From contig JABHAT010000016.1 of the NCBI GenBank assembly GCA_018674175.1, positions 215,058 to 279,057 on the forward strand: a DNA stretch of 64,000 nt. Direction: 5' to 3'. Positions 19,454 through 28,659 of this stretch are shown here, piece after piece. Within the stretch, counting starts at the first letter, position 1. The number at the start of each line of letters is the position of its first letter. The translations under genes were made by a program, and so were the position numbers. The notes under the pieces are model-generated. The model saw only the letters and a program-made list of their open reading frames with translations. It was not told the DNA's origin and did not search any database. This stretch comes from Gammaproteobacteria bacterium (GTDB taxonomy: Bacteria; Pseudomonadota; Gammaproteobacteria; Poriferisulfidales; GCA-002705445).

Positions 19454-21367
19454 TTATGCTACGTTCATATTAAGAATTCCTTCCATTTTTTCAGCAGTTT
19501 CAGATTTACCTGTTCTGCTATCACCAATCATAGCTACTGTTACATCAACCTCGCGTATATTTTTTCCTAATTTCTCTCTTTTTTTAATAGCAAATTCCTT
19601 AACTGACACTATTAGAGACTCTGCTAATCTTATTGGCCCCTCTTGCTCAATTTCTTCTCTATTATTAAACCCACATTCTATAACTTTTTCGTCAGTATTT
19701 CCCTCATAGACTCCTGCCATTAGCATGCTATATGCCACACCAACTTCCATATCGCCTGTTTTAACTAATTTTTCAATAGTGGAAATTAACTCTTCTTCAG
19801 TATCAGTATATTTCTCGTATAAATTTTTATGAATGATTGTTCCATCATTATCCTTTAATAATGGAAAAGGGTTCGCCCAATAACTAATCTCAGTTCCACC
19901 CCTTCCTGTCTGGGTACTCCCAGCTGCGCATCTTCTTCCATCATGAAAATGTACTATTGCATCTTTTACAGGCATAGATGTATCAACCATTGTTTCTCCA
20001 GGTTTCTTTAAGTCGTAATTATTTATATATAATAATATATCTAGATTACTTCCTGTTGATACTTCGCTTTCTTCTGCAACCGGAACTATTTGCCTAGCGT
20101 TTGTTCCGTATGATGCGTTATAACCAATTTCTCTACCAATCATTTGCATTTTAGCTTTTTCACTAAAACCATCTAAGCATGCAAATGCACCAATTTCAGT
20201 ACCATAAAATTTTAATTTTTTTAATTTATCCTTATCATTTTTATAAAATTCTGCTTTACCCATATCATCAGCTTTTATATATATATCTGATATAAATGGT
20301 TCATCAGTTTCTTTATCGAATCCAACAACATACCTATTGCAACCGCAATGCAAAGGAAAATCTCCTTTTAGTATTGCTAGAACATTATGTAAAGTTAAAA
20401 TTGGCTTCTTGCAATAACCAAAATAACCGTACTCAGGTAAATCGGGCACCATTCCAATCAATAAATCATTCTCTTTATCATTATAAAAACCTAGATCCTC
20501 TTTAGAGGCCCCAGGATATCCAAAAAAGAAAATACCGTCTGGCTTCTTACTCGTAAAGTCTTTATCAACTTTATAAAAAGGAAATAAATTTAATAAACCG
20601 GGTTCCATTTCAATAGAGCCTCTGGATTTATGTATGTATGTAATTATTAACCACTTACCTACTTTTAATGGAACTGCAACCCAATCCTCAGGAATAAAAT
20701 TGTTCAGATTTAATGGGTTGTGCTCCAATTCATAAAAAGGATAAGCTCTTTTATTAACAGAAGTATCGTAATGTATACCTGTTTTAATATCTGCAGTGAC
20801 CGTAAGATTTGTATATGCAATTTTTGAATAAGTAGAAGGTATATTACAAAAATGTCCAGATATCTCTCCAGCTGTTACATTTGGGGAGGCGTCCAAACCA
20901 TGAGACCTTGAAACTCCATGACCTAAACCCACTTTATCTAATAACTTTCTCCTAGTTAGTATTATTAATTCTGATAATTCTTCTGCCTTATCAGATATCT
21001 TAGATTTGATAGAGCTTTGAGTTTCTAATGATGAAGTTACAATCTCATTATGCATCCTGACTAATCTAGAAAAACTTTTATTTCTATAATGATGGTAACA
21101 ACCATCAAGAAATCTAACTATCGCCCTATCTTTTTCTAAATCTGCACCTTTAGCTTCTCTTTCAAAAACTTGAAAAATATCTTTTAAAGTTAAATTTGCG
21201 ATCAATTCCATTTTTTGCTTTGCTTCTTCGGAGTGTTTTTCGCCTTTCTTTTCTAATTCTTCTAAATACTCTTTCTTATAAATTTTTAAGTATCGAGCGA
21301 AAGCATAACTTCTCAACAACTGTTCTGAAGTAACACAACTATCTTTAATCTCTAATATTGATTCCAC
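19454..21367 (-). CDS. conserved-looking hypothetical protein, 637 aa, C-terminal HprK/PEPCK-type P-loop
   Basis: Long uninterrupted ORF whose composition is not low complexity. I recognise no family. Cys/His-rich strings are PLHCGCNRY and HFHDGRRCAAGSTQTGRGG. Nucleotides 19499-19525 encode GDSRTGKSE (verified by hand), followed by only 14 residues before the stop. Confidence 0.85.
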   Translation of the reverse strand: MESILEIKDSCVTSEQLLRSYAFARYLKIYKKEYLEELEKKGEKHSEEAKQKMELIANLTLKDIFQVFEREAKGADLEKDRAIVRFLDGCYHHYRNKSFSRLVRMHNEIVTSSLETQSSIKSKISDKAEELSELIILTRRKLLDKVGLGHGVSRSHGLDASPNVTAGEISGHFCNIPSTYSKIAYTNLTVTADIKTGIHYDTSVNKRAYPFYELEHNPLNLNNFIPEDWVAVPLKVGKWLIITYIHKSRGSIEMEPGLLNLFPFYKVDKDFTSKKPDGIFFFGYPGASKEDLGFYNDKENDLLIGMVPDLPEYGYFGYCKKPILTLHNVLAILKGDFPLHCGCNRYVVGFDKETDEPFISDIYIKADDMGKAEFYKNDKDKLKKLKFYGTEIGAFACLDGFSEKAKMQMIGREIGYNASYGTNARQIVPVAEESEVSTGSNLDILLYINNYDLKKPGETMVDTSMPVKDAIVHFHDGRRCAAGSTQTGRGGTEISYWANPFPLLKDNDGTIIHKNLYEKYTDTEEELISTIEKLVKTGDMEVGVAYSMLMAGVYEGNTDEKVIECGFNNREEIEQEGPIRLAESLIVSVKEFAIKKREKLGKNIREVDVTVAMIGDSRTGKSETAEKMEGILNMNVA

Positions 21368-21448
21368 TTTATATCCCCATTATTTTGAAAATAATATAAG
21401 TCAATCATCCTTGAAAAAATATTACATTTATTTTTGTTCTTATAATTT

Positions 21449-22336
21449 ATGGTAATACCGTCATACATGAATTATATTAGCAAATATATCCAACATAATA
21501 TTATTGAATTTATGAATCAAATGATAAATAAAATTTATCCGCTAGGTAAAAAGGCTTCTCGTAAAGCAAATAACGTATATTTAAACCCAGTTATATCCAA
21601 TATAAACAATAATTTTAAGCCTTTATATTATGCAAATTTTCTCAAAAGCCTTGATGGAAGAATAGCCACATATGATAAAAAGAATGATCGCCTGCTCACA
21701 CCAAGCAGCATAAAAAATAAAATAGATTTTATTCTGTTTTGTCAGCTTCATGCTCAAGCTGACTGCTTAGTGACAAATACACATTATATAAATGGACTTA
21801 ATAAGGGATATTATGGCGATATACTTTCATTAAATGATAGTTATCTAGATCAATGGAGAGATAAAAATAAAATAAAACAACAAAAAATTATAATTTTAAG
21901 TAATAGCTTAAGTTTTCCAATAGACAAAAAAATAGAAAAATATAAAGAAAGAATAACTATATTAACAACCTCAAATAATAAAAAAAAATTAAGTACCCTA
22001 AAGAATAACGGATATACTGTTATTAGCTATGCAGGTAAAAATATCTCGGAAAATCAATTAAACAACTATGTGATTAAAAATAAATTTAAATCAGTATATT
22101 TTATTGCAGGACCAACTATAGTTGAACAAATGATAAGTAAAAATTTATTAGATAGATTATATTTAAGTACTAGTATTAGTATGGTTGGAACAGAGAATTA
22201 TGATTCAATAATTAGAGGTAATTTTTTGAAAAAATCCATAAAATTAGAATTAATTGAAATGTATATGTATACTAAAATAGAAAATAAAGAAAAGGAACAA
22301 ACTTTATTCCAAGTATTTAACCTAAAAGGGAAATAA
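21449..22336 (+). CDS. RibD C-terminal domain (pyrimidine/dihydrofolate-reductase-like) family protein
   Basis: 295-aa ORF. FLKSLDGRIAT is the hallmark start of the RibD_C reductase fold, and FIAGPTIVEQM plus DRLYLS occur later. There is no deaminase domain. TATAAT at 21441-21446 sits 2 nt before the first ATG, so the real start is probably a downstream Met (21467, 21512 or 21521). Confidence 0.7.
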   Translation: MVIPSYMNYISKYIQHNIIEFMNQMINKIYPLGKKASRKANNVYLNPVISNINNNFKPLYYANFLKSLDGRIATYDKKNDRLLTPSSIKNKIDFILFCQLHAQADCLVTNTHYINGLNKGYYGDILSLNDSYLDQWRDKNKIKQQKIIILSNSLSFPIDKKIEKYKERITILTTSNNKKKLSTLKNNGYTVISYAGKNISENQLNNYVIKNKFKSVYFIAGPTIVEQMISKNLLDRLYLSTSISMVGTENYDSIIRGNFLKKSIKLELIEMYMYTKIENKEKEQTLFQVFNLKGK

Positions 22337-22340
22337 AAAA

Positions 22341-23345
22341 ATGTTTATAGAACTATTATCAAATTACAGTCTATTCCTAATTAAAACTTTAACAGTTTTA
22401 ATTAGTATTCTTCTAATAATAAGCTTTATAGTAAATTCCAAAAAAAGCGATAGAAGTGGGAGCATTGAAATAAAAAATGTAAATAAAGAGCTGGATTCTA
22501 TAGAAGAAAATATAAAAAAAAATATTCTCACAAAATCTGATTTCAAAAAATTCATAAAGGCTAAAAAAAAATCTAACAAAAAATTAGAAAAAAGATTATT
22601 TGTCATAGACTTTAAAGGAAATATTAGAGCAAGTGAAATAGTCTCGCTAAGAAGAGAGGTTTCTGGTGTTATATTATCATGTAAAAAAGGTGACGAAGTT
22701 TTATTAAGGCTTGAAAATTCTGGCGGAACTGTGCATGAACATGGTTTAGCAGCTTCGCAATTAAAGAGGATTAAAGATAAAAAGATACCTTTAACAATAT
22801 GTGTTGATAAAGTTGCTGCAAGTGGTGGATATATGATGGCATGCGTTGCAAATAAAATTATTGCTTCACCGTTTGCAATAATTGGATCAATAGGTGTACT
22901 TGCACAAGTCCCAAACTTTAATAAATTACTCAAAGATAAAGGTATTAATTTTGAGCAACACACAGCAGGAAATTATAAAAGAACTGTAACTATGTTTGGT
23001 GAAAATACAGATAAGGATAGAGAAAAATTAAATGAACAGCTTGAGGAAATTCATTTGCTTTTTAAAAATTTTATCACCAGCCAAAGAAAAAATATTGATA
23101 TTGAGAAAGTTGCAACTGGAGAATATTGGTATGGTGAGAATGCCTTAAGTTTAAATTTAATTGATGAAATTATGACTAGTGATGAATATATTCTCTCTAT
23201 GAAAGAAAAATTTGAAATTACACACATAAAATATAAACCAGTTAAAACTTTCTCTGATAAAATATCTAAAATTTCTTCTAGCTTCACAAATAAAGCAATA
23301 GGTTCACTTGAGCAAAAAAATCATGACAAAAATATCTTTAAATAA
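22341..23345 (+). CDS. sohB: inner-membrane peptidase SohB (S49 family)
   Basis: 334-aa ORF with an N-terminal TM segment and an S49/ClpP-fold core (AASGGYMMAC, IGSIGV). Confidence 0.88.
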   Translation: MFIELLSNYSLFLIKTLTVLISILLIISFIVNSKKSDRSGSIEIKNVNKELDSIEENIKKNILTKSDFKKFIKAKKKSNKKLEKRLFVIDFKGNIRASEIVSLRREVSGVILSCKKGDEVLLRLENSGGTVHEHGLAASQLKRIKDKKIPLTICVDKVAASGGYMMACVANKIIASPFAIIGSIGVLAQVPNFNKLLKDKGINFEQHTAGNYKRTVTMFGENTDKDREKLNEQLEEIHLLFKNFITSQRKNIDIEKVATGEYWYGENALSLNLIDEIMTSDEYILSMKEKFEITHIKYKPVKTFSDKISKISSSFTNKAIGSLEQKNHDKNIFK

Positions 23346-24489
23346 TTCCTTTTTTTATTATTTCTAAAATACCGTCTCTTATCGCTTTAGCTATTCTATT
23401 TTGGAATTTATTAGTCTTTAGTTTTTTTTCTTCTTTAGGGTTTGATAAATAAGCAGTCTCAATTAACATTGACGGAATATCAGGGGACTTTAGAACGACA
23501 AAACCTGCTTGCTCTGTTCTACTTGAATGAAGAGTATTAATTTTTTTTAATTTCCTAAGCATAATTCGAGATGCTTTTAAACTTGTCTCTATAGTTGCAC
23601 TTTGTGACATATCTAGAATTACTTGAGCCAAGGTATTGTCTTTATTATCTATGCTAATTCCACCCACTAAATCAGCAGAATTCTCTTTATTTGCAAGCCA
23701 CTTTGCGGCTTCACTTGATGCTCCATGCTGAGATAACACATAGACTGAAGATCCTTTGGCCTTTCTATTTCTAGCTGCGTCTGCATGAATAGAAATAAAA
23801 AGATCTGCTTTATATTTCCTAGCCTTTTCAATTCTTTGTCTAAGTGATATATATTTATCCGAATTTCTAATAAGGATAGGCTTAATTTTTTTTTCTTTAC
23901 GTAATAAATTATATAGTTTCTTTGAAATTGATAGAACTATATCTTTTTCTTTGGTACCTCTTTTGCCTACAGCGCCTGGGTCTTTACCACCATGTCCAGC
24001 ATCTATAGCTATTACAATTTTAGTTTTTTTTATTTTCTTAGCATAAGTAGATGGTTTTTTATTTACTAGATATATATCTAGTACAAGCCTGTGACCATAT
24101 TTATTATTAGGTTCTAAAGAAAAGTATTTATATTTAAATTCACTATTAGATTTAAAATTAAAATTTAAACTGCTTCCTTTTCTCGTAAGCTTTAAGTTTT
24201 TTATATATTTATTATTAAATTTAGGTATCTTAAAGCTCTTCTTTATATTTATATCTCTAAAACTTATCTTTAAAGAGTTTTTCTTTAATAATGATTTAAA
24301 TTTATAATTTATTTTTTTATCTGCATCAAAAACTATTCTTATCTTACTGTCTTCTACATTATGAGAAACTCTTAAATTATTTAAACTATTGGACGAAATC
24401 GCTTCCTGAGATAAAGAAATAAAAAACAGGCCAGTCAAGATTATTTTTAATAAATTATTTTTTTTTATCTTTTTATTTTTTAAAAGCAT
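23338..24489 (-). CDS. amiB: N-acetylmuramoyl-L-alanine amidase (AMIN domain + Amidase_3)
   Basis: 383-aa ORF with a signal peptide and AIDAGHGGKDPGA, SIHADA and ETAYLSNP motifs, in tsaE-amiB synteny. Confidence 0.88.
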   Translation of the reverse strand: MLLKNKKIKKNNLLKIILTGLFFISLSQEAISSNSLNNLRVSHNVEDSKIRIVFDADKKINYKFKSLLKKNSLKISFRDINIKKSFKIPKFNNKYIKNLKLTRKGSSLNFNFKSNSEFKYKYFSLEPNNKYGHRLVLDIYLVNKKPSTYAKKIKKTKIVIAIDAGHGGKDPGAVGKRGTKEKDIVLSISKKLYNLLRKEKKIKPILIRNSDKYISLRQRIEKARKYKADLFISIHADAARNRKAKGSSVYVLSQHGASSEAAKWLANKENSADLVGGISIDNKDNTLAQVILDMSQSATIETSLKASRIMLRKLKKINTLHSSRTEQAGFVVLKSPDIPSMLIETAYLSNPKEEKKLKTNKFQNRIAKAIRDGILEIIKKGII

Positions 24490-24976
24490 CTTCTATATTT
24501 TTAATTATTTTTTTACCTTGTTCTGAAAATCCGGAAAAAACTATTTCTCTTTGATCTTTTTTATCTAAAATATTTATATCTATTATAATATCAGAGCATG
24601 CCATGAATTTTTGATCATTATTAATCCATTCTATTAGTATTAAACTTTTTTTTGACTGATAATCTTCAAGATTTAAATAATATTTTTCATTTTCTTTTAT
24701 TCTATATAGATCAGCATGAATAATATTTATTTTATCATAAATATATTCTTCAACTAGGCTGAATGTTGGGCTCTTTACTCTTTCGTCCTTATTATATAAT
24801 TTTATAAAACTTCTTATGAATGCTGTTTTTCCAACGCCTAAATCTCCTGTTAACCCGACTATTAAGGGTAAAGAGATTGCTTTTGAGAATTTTTTTGCCG
24901 CTTCTCTAGTTTGCGCTTCTGAATTTAAGATGTATTTTATTGTTTTCATATTAGTTTTATTCATTGTTTGCATCAT
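24473..24976 (-). CDS. tsaE: tRNA t6A37 biosynthesis ATPase TsaE
   Basis: 167-aa ORF with the P-loop LTGDLGVGKTAF and SPTFSLV motif, upstream of amiB. Confidence 0.9.
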   Translation of the reverse strand: MMQTMNKTNMKTIKYILNSEAQTREAAKKFSKAISLPLIVGLTGDLGVGKTAFIRSFIKLYNKDERVKSPTFSLVEEYIYDKINIIHADLYRIKENEKYYLNLEDYQSKKSLILIEWINNDQKFMACSDIIIDINILDKKDQREIVFSGFSEQGKKIIKNIEDAFKK

Positions 24977-25035
24977 TGTATCTCAAAGAATAGAATAGTC
25001 ATGTTTATATACATTTTTATGTGGAGATAAAAACA

Positions 25036-25641
25036 ATGAATCCTTTAAAATCAATACCTATGACAGTTGGTCTAGGTTTTATACTAGCAATAATAATAAG
25101 TCTTTCTTTAAATCATGGGGACCCAGCAAACTCGCTTTGGTCTTTAGCAACTTGGCTACATGTTTTTTTCGGAATTATATGGATTGGACTGCTATATTAC
25201 TTTAACTTTGTTCAGGTACCTGGTGTAGCTGCAGCGTTATCTGACATGAATAAACCTAATAAAGACGGGCCTGGTCCAGCAGCTATCAATAAATATATTG
25301 CTCCAACAGCATTATTTTATTTTAGGTGGGGAGCACTTTTGACATGGATAACAGGTGCAGCTACTTTACAAATTAGTGGTATTGGCATACACAATGCTTT
25401 TACACTTCAGCCAGGTGCTGAAGTCATAGGTATTGGATCTTGGCTTGGGACTATAATGTTATTTAATGTTTGGGGATTAATCTGGCCAAATCAAAAGAGA
25501 ATATTAGGAATGGTTGAGGCCACAGATGAGAAAATTGCAAAAGGCAAAGTTATTGCTTTAATGGCCTCAAGAACAAATACATTACTTTCTATACCAATGT
25601 TAATGTGTATGAGTAGTCATATGCATGGATTACCTCTATAG
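25036..25641 (+). CDS. integral membrane protein, PuuD-N-terminal / HemJ-CopD-like helix pattern
   Basis: About 200 aa with 4-5 predicted TM segments. WLHVFFGIIWIGLLYYFNFVQ resembles the His-containing first helix of the urate-hydroxylase N-terminal / HemJ superfamily (from memory). The track starts at GTG 25021, but GGAGA at 25023-25027 is a good SD for ATG 25036. Confidence 0.6.
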   Translation: MNPLKSIPMTVGLGFILAIIISLSLNHGDPANSLWSLATWLHVFFGIIWIGLLYYFNFVQVPGVAAALSDMNKPNKDGPGPAAINKYIAPTALFYFRWGALLTWITGAATLQISGIGIHNAFTLQPGAEVIGIGSWLGTIMLFNVWGLIWPNQKRILGMVEATDEKIAKGKVIALMASRTNTLLSIPMLMCMSSHMHGLPL

Positions 25642-25683
25642 CATTGAATTTATTTAAATTTAACAGTAATATATAAACATCAT

Positions 25684-25711
25684 ACGGCAGCAGCAGCTGC
25701 CGTTTTTATTT
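25684..25711 (+). terminator. rho-independent terminator
   Basis: ACGGCAGC (25684-25691), loop AGCA, then GCTGCCGT (25696-25703) form a perfect 8-bp GC-rich stem followed by TTTTTATT. It lies 43 nt after the stop of the membrane-protein gene and before argD. Confidence 0.8.
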
Positions 25712-25722
25712 ATGGTTAAATT

Positions 25723-26895
25723 ATGAATTATTTGATGAAAAATTATAAGCCTGTAAAAATATCCTTTGAATACGGAAAAGGCTCTTATTTGTTTACTAAT
25801 AAAGGGGAAAGATATCTCGATGCACTTTCAGGTATTGGAGTGTGTTGTTTAGGTCATTCTCATAAAGATATCTCAAAAGTCATATCTGATCAGTCAAGAA
25901 AACTTATTCATGTTTCAAATTTATTTAATATTAAAAACCAAGAATTACTTGCAAATAAATTATGCAAAATTTCAAAAATGAATTCAGCCTTTTTCTGTAA
26001 TTCTGGTTCAGAAGCAAATGAAGCTGCTATTAAACTAGCGAGACTTCATTCAAATAATAAAAAACTTAAAAATGCAAAAATTATAATGTTTAATAGATCA
26101 TGGCACGGTAGAACAATTGCTACCTTAAGTGCAACTGGAAACGACTCTGTTCAAAAAGGCTTTAAACCTCTTCTTGGCGGTTTTATTAAGTGTGAATTTA
26201 ATAATATAGAATCAGTGAAAAAATCTATAAAGAAATACAATGTTTCAGCGGTTATGCTTGAAACAATACAAGGCGAAGGTGGAATAAGATTAGCTGATAA
26301 GAAATTCTTAAAAGAATTAAGAGATATTACAATAAAAAAAGATATATTATTAATTGTTGACGAAGTTCAAACTGGCATGGGTAGAACGGGGAAATGGTTC
26401 TCTTATCAACATTCAAATATTAAGCCGGATATAGTTACATGTGCCAAAGGTTTGGGAAACGGTGTTCCTATAGGCGCTTGCCTTGGAAATAAAAAAGTTA
26501 GTAAATTATTTACACCAGGATCTCATGGAAGTACTTTTGGTGGCAATCCATTAGTTTGCGCCGTATCATCAAAAGTTATTGATGTTATAGATAAGTATGA
26601 TTTGTGTAACCAATCTGAAATTATTGGAGATTATCTTGTCTCAAAGATTAAGGAAAAAACAAAAAAATTAGATATTATTAAAGACGTACGAGGTAAAGGT
26701 CTAATGATTGGAATTGAAATTAATAAAAAAAACTCAAACATTGTTAAAGACTGTCTTGACAAGAAACTAATACTAAATCTTACATCGGAAAACGTAATAA
26801 GATTACTACCTCCGCTTATTACAAAAAAAACCCAAGCGGATTTTATAGCAAACACTCTATATGAAGTATTAAAAGGATATTCTGATGAAAAGTAA
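25723..26895 (+). CDS. argD: acetylornithine aminotransferase (class III)
   Basis: 390-aa ORF with NSGSEANEAA and DEVQTGMGRTGK motifs, overlapping and preceding argF. Confidence 0.9.
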   Translation: MNYLMKNYKPVKISFEYGKGSYLFTNKGERYLDALSGIGVCCLGHSHKDISKVISDQSRKLIHVSNLFNIKNQELLANKLCKISKMNSAFFCNSGSEANEAAIKLARLHSNNKKLKNAKIIMFNRSWHGRTIATLSATGNDSVQKGFKPLLGGFIKCEFNNIESVKKSIKKYNVSAVMLETIQGEGGIRLADKKFLKELRDITIKKDILLIVDEVQTGMGRTGKWFSYQHSNIKPDIVTCAKGLGNGVPIGACLGNKKVSKLFTPGSHGSTFGGNPLVCAVSSKVIDVIDKYDLCNQSEIIGDYLVSKIKEKTKKLDIIKDVRGKGLMIGIEINKKNSNIVKDCLDKKLILNLTSENVIRLLPPLITKKTQADFIANTLYEVLKGYSDEK

Positions 26896-27787
26896 AAATT
26901 TTATTACATTGCTTGACATACCAAAAAAAGATTTGAAGCAGCTAGTTTTAAGAGCAATTGAATTAAAAAAAATGACTAAAAGTAATATTGCTTACACACC
27001 TCTTCAAAATAAAACACTAGCACTTATATTTGATAAATCATCAACTAGAACTAGAGTATCTTTTGAAGTTGGAATGACTCATTTTGGTGGGAATACATTA
27101 TTTTTGTCACCTAGAGATACACAGTTAGGCAGAGGTGAGCCTATAGAAGATACTGCCAAAGTTATTTCAAGTATGGTTGATTGCATAGTAATTAGAACTC
27201 ATGACCATAACGACGTATTGAAATTTTCTGCCGAATCATCTGTGCCAGTAATAAATGGATTGACGGAATTAGTTCATCCATGCCAATTACTTGCTGACGT
27301 AATGACATTCACCGAAATTAAAGGTGATATTAAAGGTAAAAAAGTTGCCTGGATTGGAGATGCTAATAACATGTGTAATTCTTATATAAATGCATCAAAA
27401 CAATTTGAATTTCATTTATCAATTGCAACACCGGATAAATTCATTCCTTCGCTATATAATAAAAATGATAATATTTTATTGACGAATGATCCACTTATAG
27501 CAGCTAAAGATGCAGATTTAGTTGTGACTGATGTCTGGGCTAGCATGGGTCAAGAAGAGGAAGAGGAAGATAGAAAAAAAATATTTAGACCCCTACAAGT
27601 TAACAAAAATATTATGAGCGTGGCCAATGAAGATGTAATTTTTATGCACTGTCTACCAGCGCATAGAGAAGAAGAAGTAACTTCTGATGTCTTAGATAGT
27701 AATGCTAGCGTAATTTGGCAAGAAGCAGAAAATAGATTGCATGCACAAAAAGCTTTACTGGAGTATCTTTTAGTTAAAAATATTTAA
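26885..27787 (+). CDS. argF: ornithine carbamoyltransferase
   Basis: 300-aa ORF with SSTRTRVSFE, HPCQLLAD and HCLPA motifs. Confidence 0.94.
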   Translation: MKSKNFITLLDIPKKDLKQLVLRAIELKKMTKSNIAYTPLQNKTLALIFDKSSTRTRVSFEVGMTHFGGNTLFLSPRDTQLGRGEPIEDTAKVISSMVDCIVIRTHDHNDVLKFSAESSVPVINGLTELVHPCQLLADVMTFTEIKGDIKGKKVAWIGDANNMCNSYINASKQFEFHLSIATPDKFIPSLYNKNDNILLTNDPLIAAKDADLVVTDVWASMGQEEEEEDRKKIFRPLQVNKNIMSVANEDVIFMHCLPAHREEEVTSDVLDSNASVIWQEAENRLHAQKALLEYLLVKNI

Positions 27788-28509
27788 GCGTCATCTAGTT
27801 CAGAACGAACCTGTTCTACAGATGTATGCCTAATATCTTTTCCTTTGATTAAATAAACCGTATGTTGTGCAATATTTTTAGCATGGTCACCTATTCTCTC
27901 GATACTTTTTGCACAAGTTGATATATCTAAAAAGTTTTTTACCACTTTATCATCTTCTATTTTAACTATATAAGTTATTAGCTGCCTCATGCATGATTTA
28001 AATTCTAGGTCAATTTTTTTATCATCTTGTATAACTTCTAGAGCTTGCTCAACTGATTTTCTTGCGTAAGCATCAATTGAACTGTGCAGTAATGCTGAAG
28101 TACTATTACCTAGATGCTCCAAAGATTTTAGAAATGCTGGATCTATATTTTCATAATTTAATTTTAAAGATAGTCTTGCAATTTTTTCTGCCTCATCACC
28201 AACTCTTTCAAGATCTGTAATAATTCTAAGCACAACAATAATAGTTCTTAAATCAGATGCAACAGGAGTTTGGAGAGCTAAAATTGTATTACATTTTTCA
28301 TCAATATCAATCTCAAGTTTATTTACAAGAAAATCATTTGTAGCAACTTTTTTTGATAACAAGCTGTCACCTTTTATTAAGCCAGAAAGAGCATCTGAAT
28401 ATGATGATTCTACTACTCCAGACATCTCTAAAGTTTTTGATTGTACTTCAGACATAGCTTCATCATATGATGTTGAAATATGTCCTGTATTGATTTGATT
28501 TTTATCCAT
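27784..28509 (-). CDS. phoU: phosphate signalling complex protein PhoU
   Basis: 241-aa ORF with two PhoU repeats (ERVGDEAEKIA and ERIGDHAKNIA). Confidence 0.93.
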   Translation of the reverse strand: MDKNQINTGHISTSYDEAMSEVQSKTLEMSGVVESSYSDALSGLIKGDSLLSKKVATNDFLVNKLEIDIDEKCNTILALQTPVASDLRTIIVVLRIITDLERVGDEAEKIARLSLKLNYENIDPAFLKSLEHLGNSTSALLHSSIDAYARKSVEQALEVIQDDKKIDLEFKSCMRQLITYIVKIEDDKVVKNFLDISTCAKSIERIGDHAKNIAQHTVYLIKGKDIRHTSVEQVRSELDDA

Positions 28510-28539
28510 ATTATTTTTTAAGTAAACTTATTGTTTAAA

Positions 28540-28573
28540 CTGTAATAAAAGTTTAACAAAAGCATGCTTTAAT
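28540..28573 (+). promoter_or_regulatory. candidate Pho box plus -10 element upstream of pstC
   Basis: CTGTAATAAAAGTTTAAC (28540-28557) matches the E. coli Pho-box consensus CTGTCATAWAWCTGTCAY at 14 of 18 positions in the pstC-sense orientation. TTTAAT at 28568-28573 lies 10 nt downstream. AT-rich background inflates chance matches. Confidence 0.35.
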
Positions 28574-28659
28574 GTTATTGAAATTTTAATAGTACTCTAA
28601 AATGTTGAAAAATCAAATATGTACAATAAAAACAAGCTCTTTTTATTAAATAATACCAA

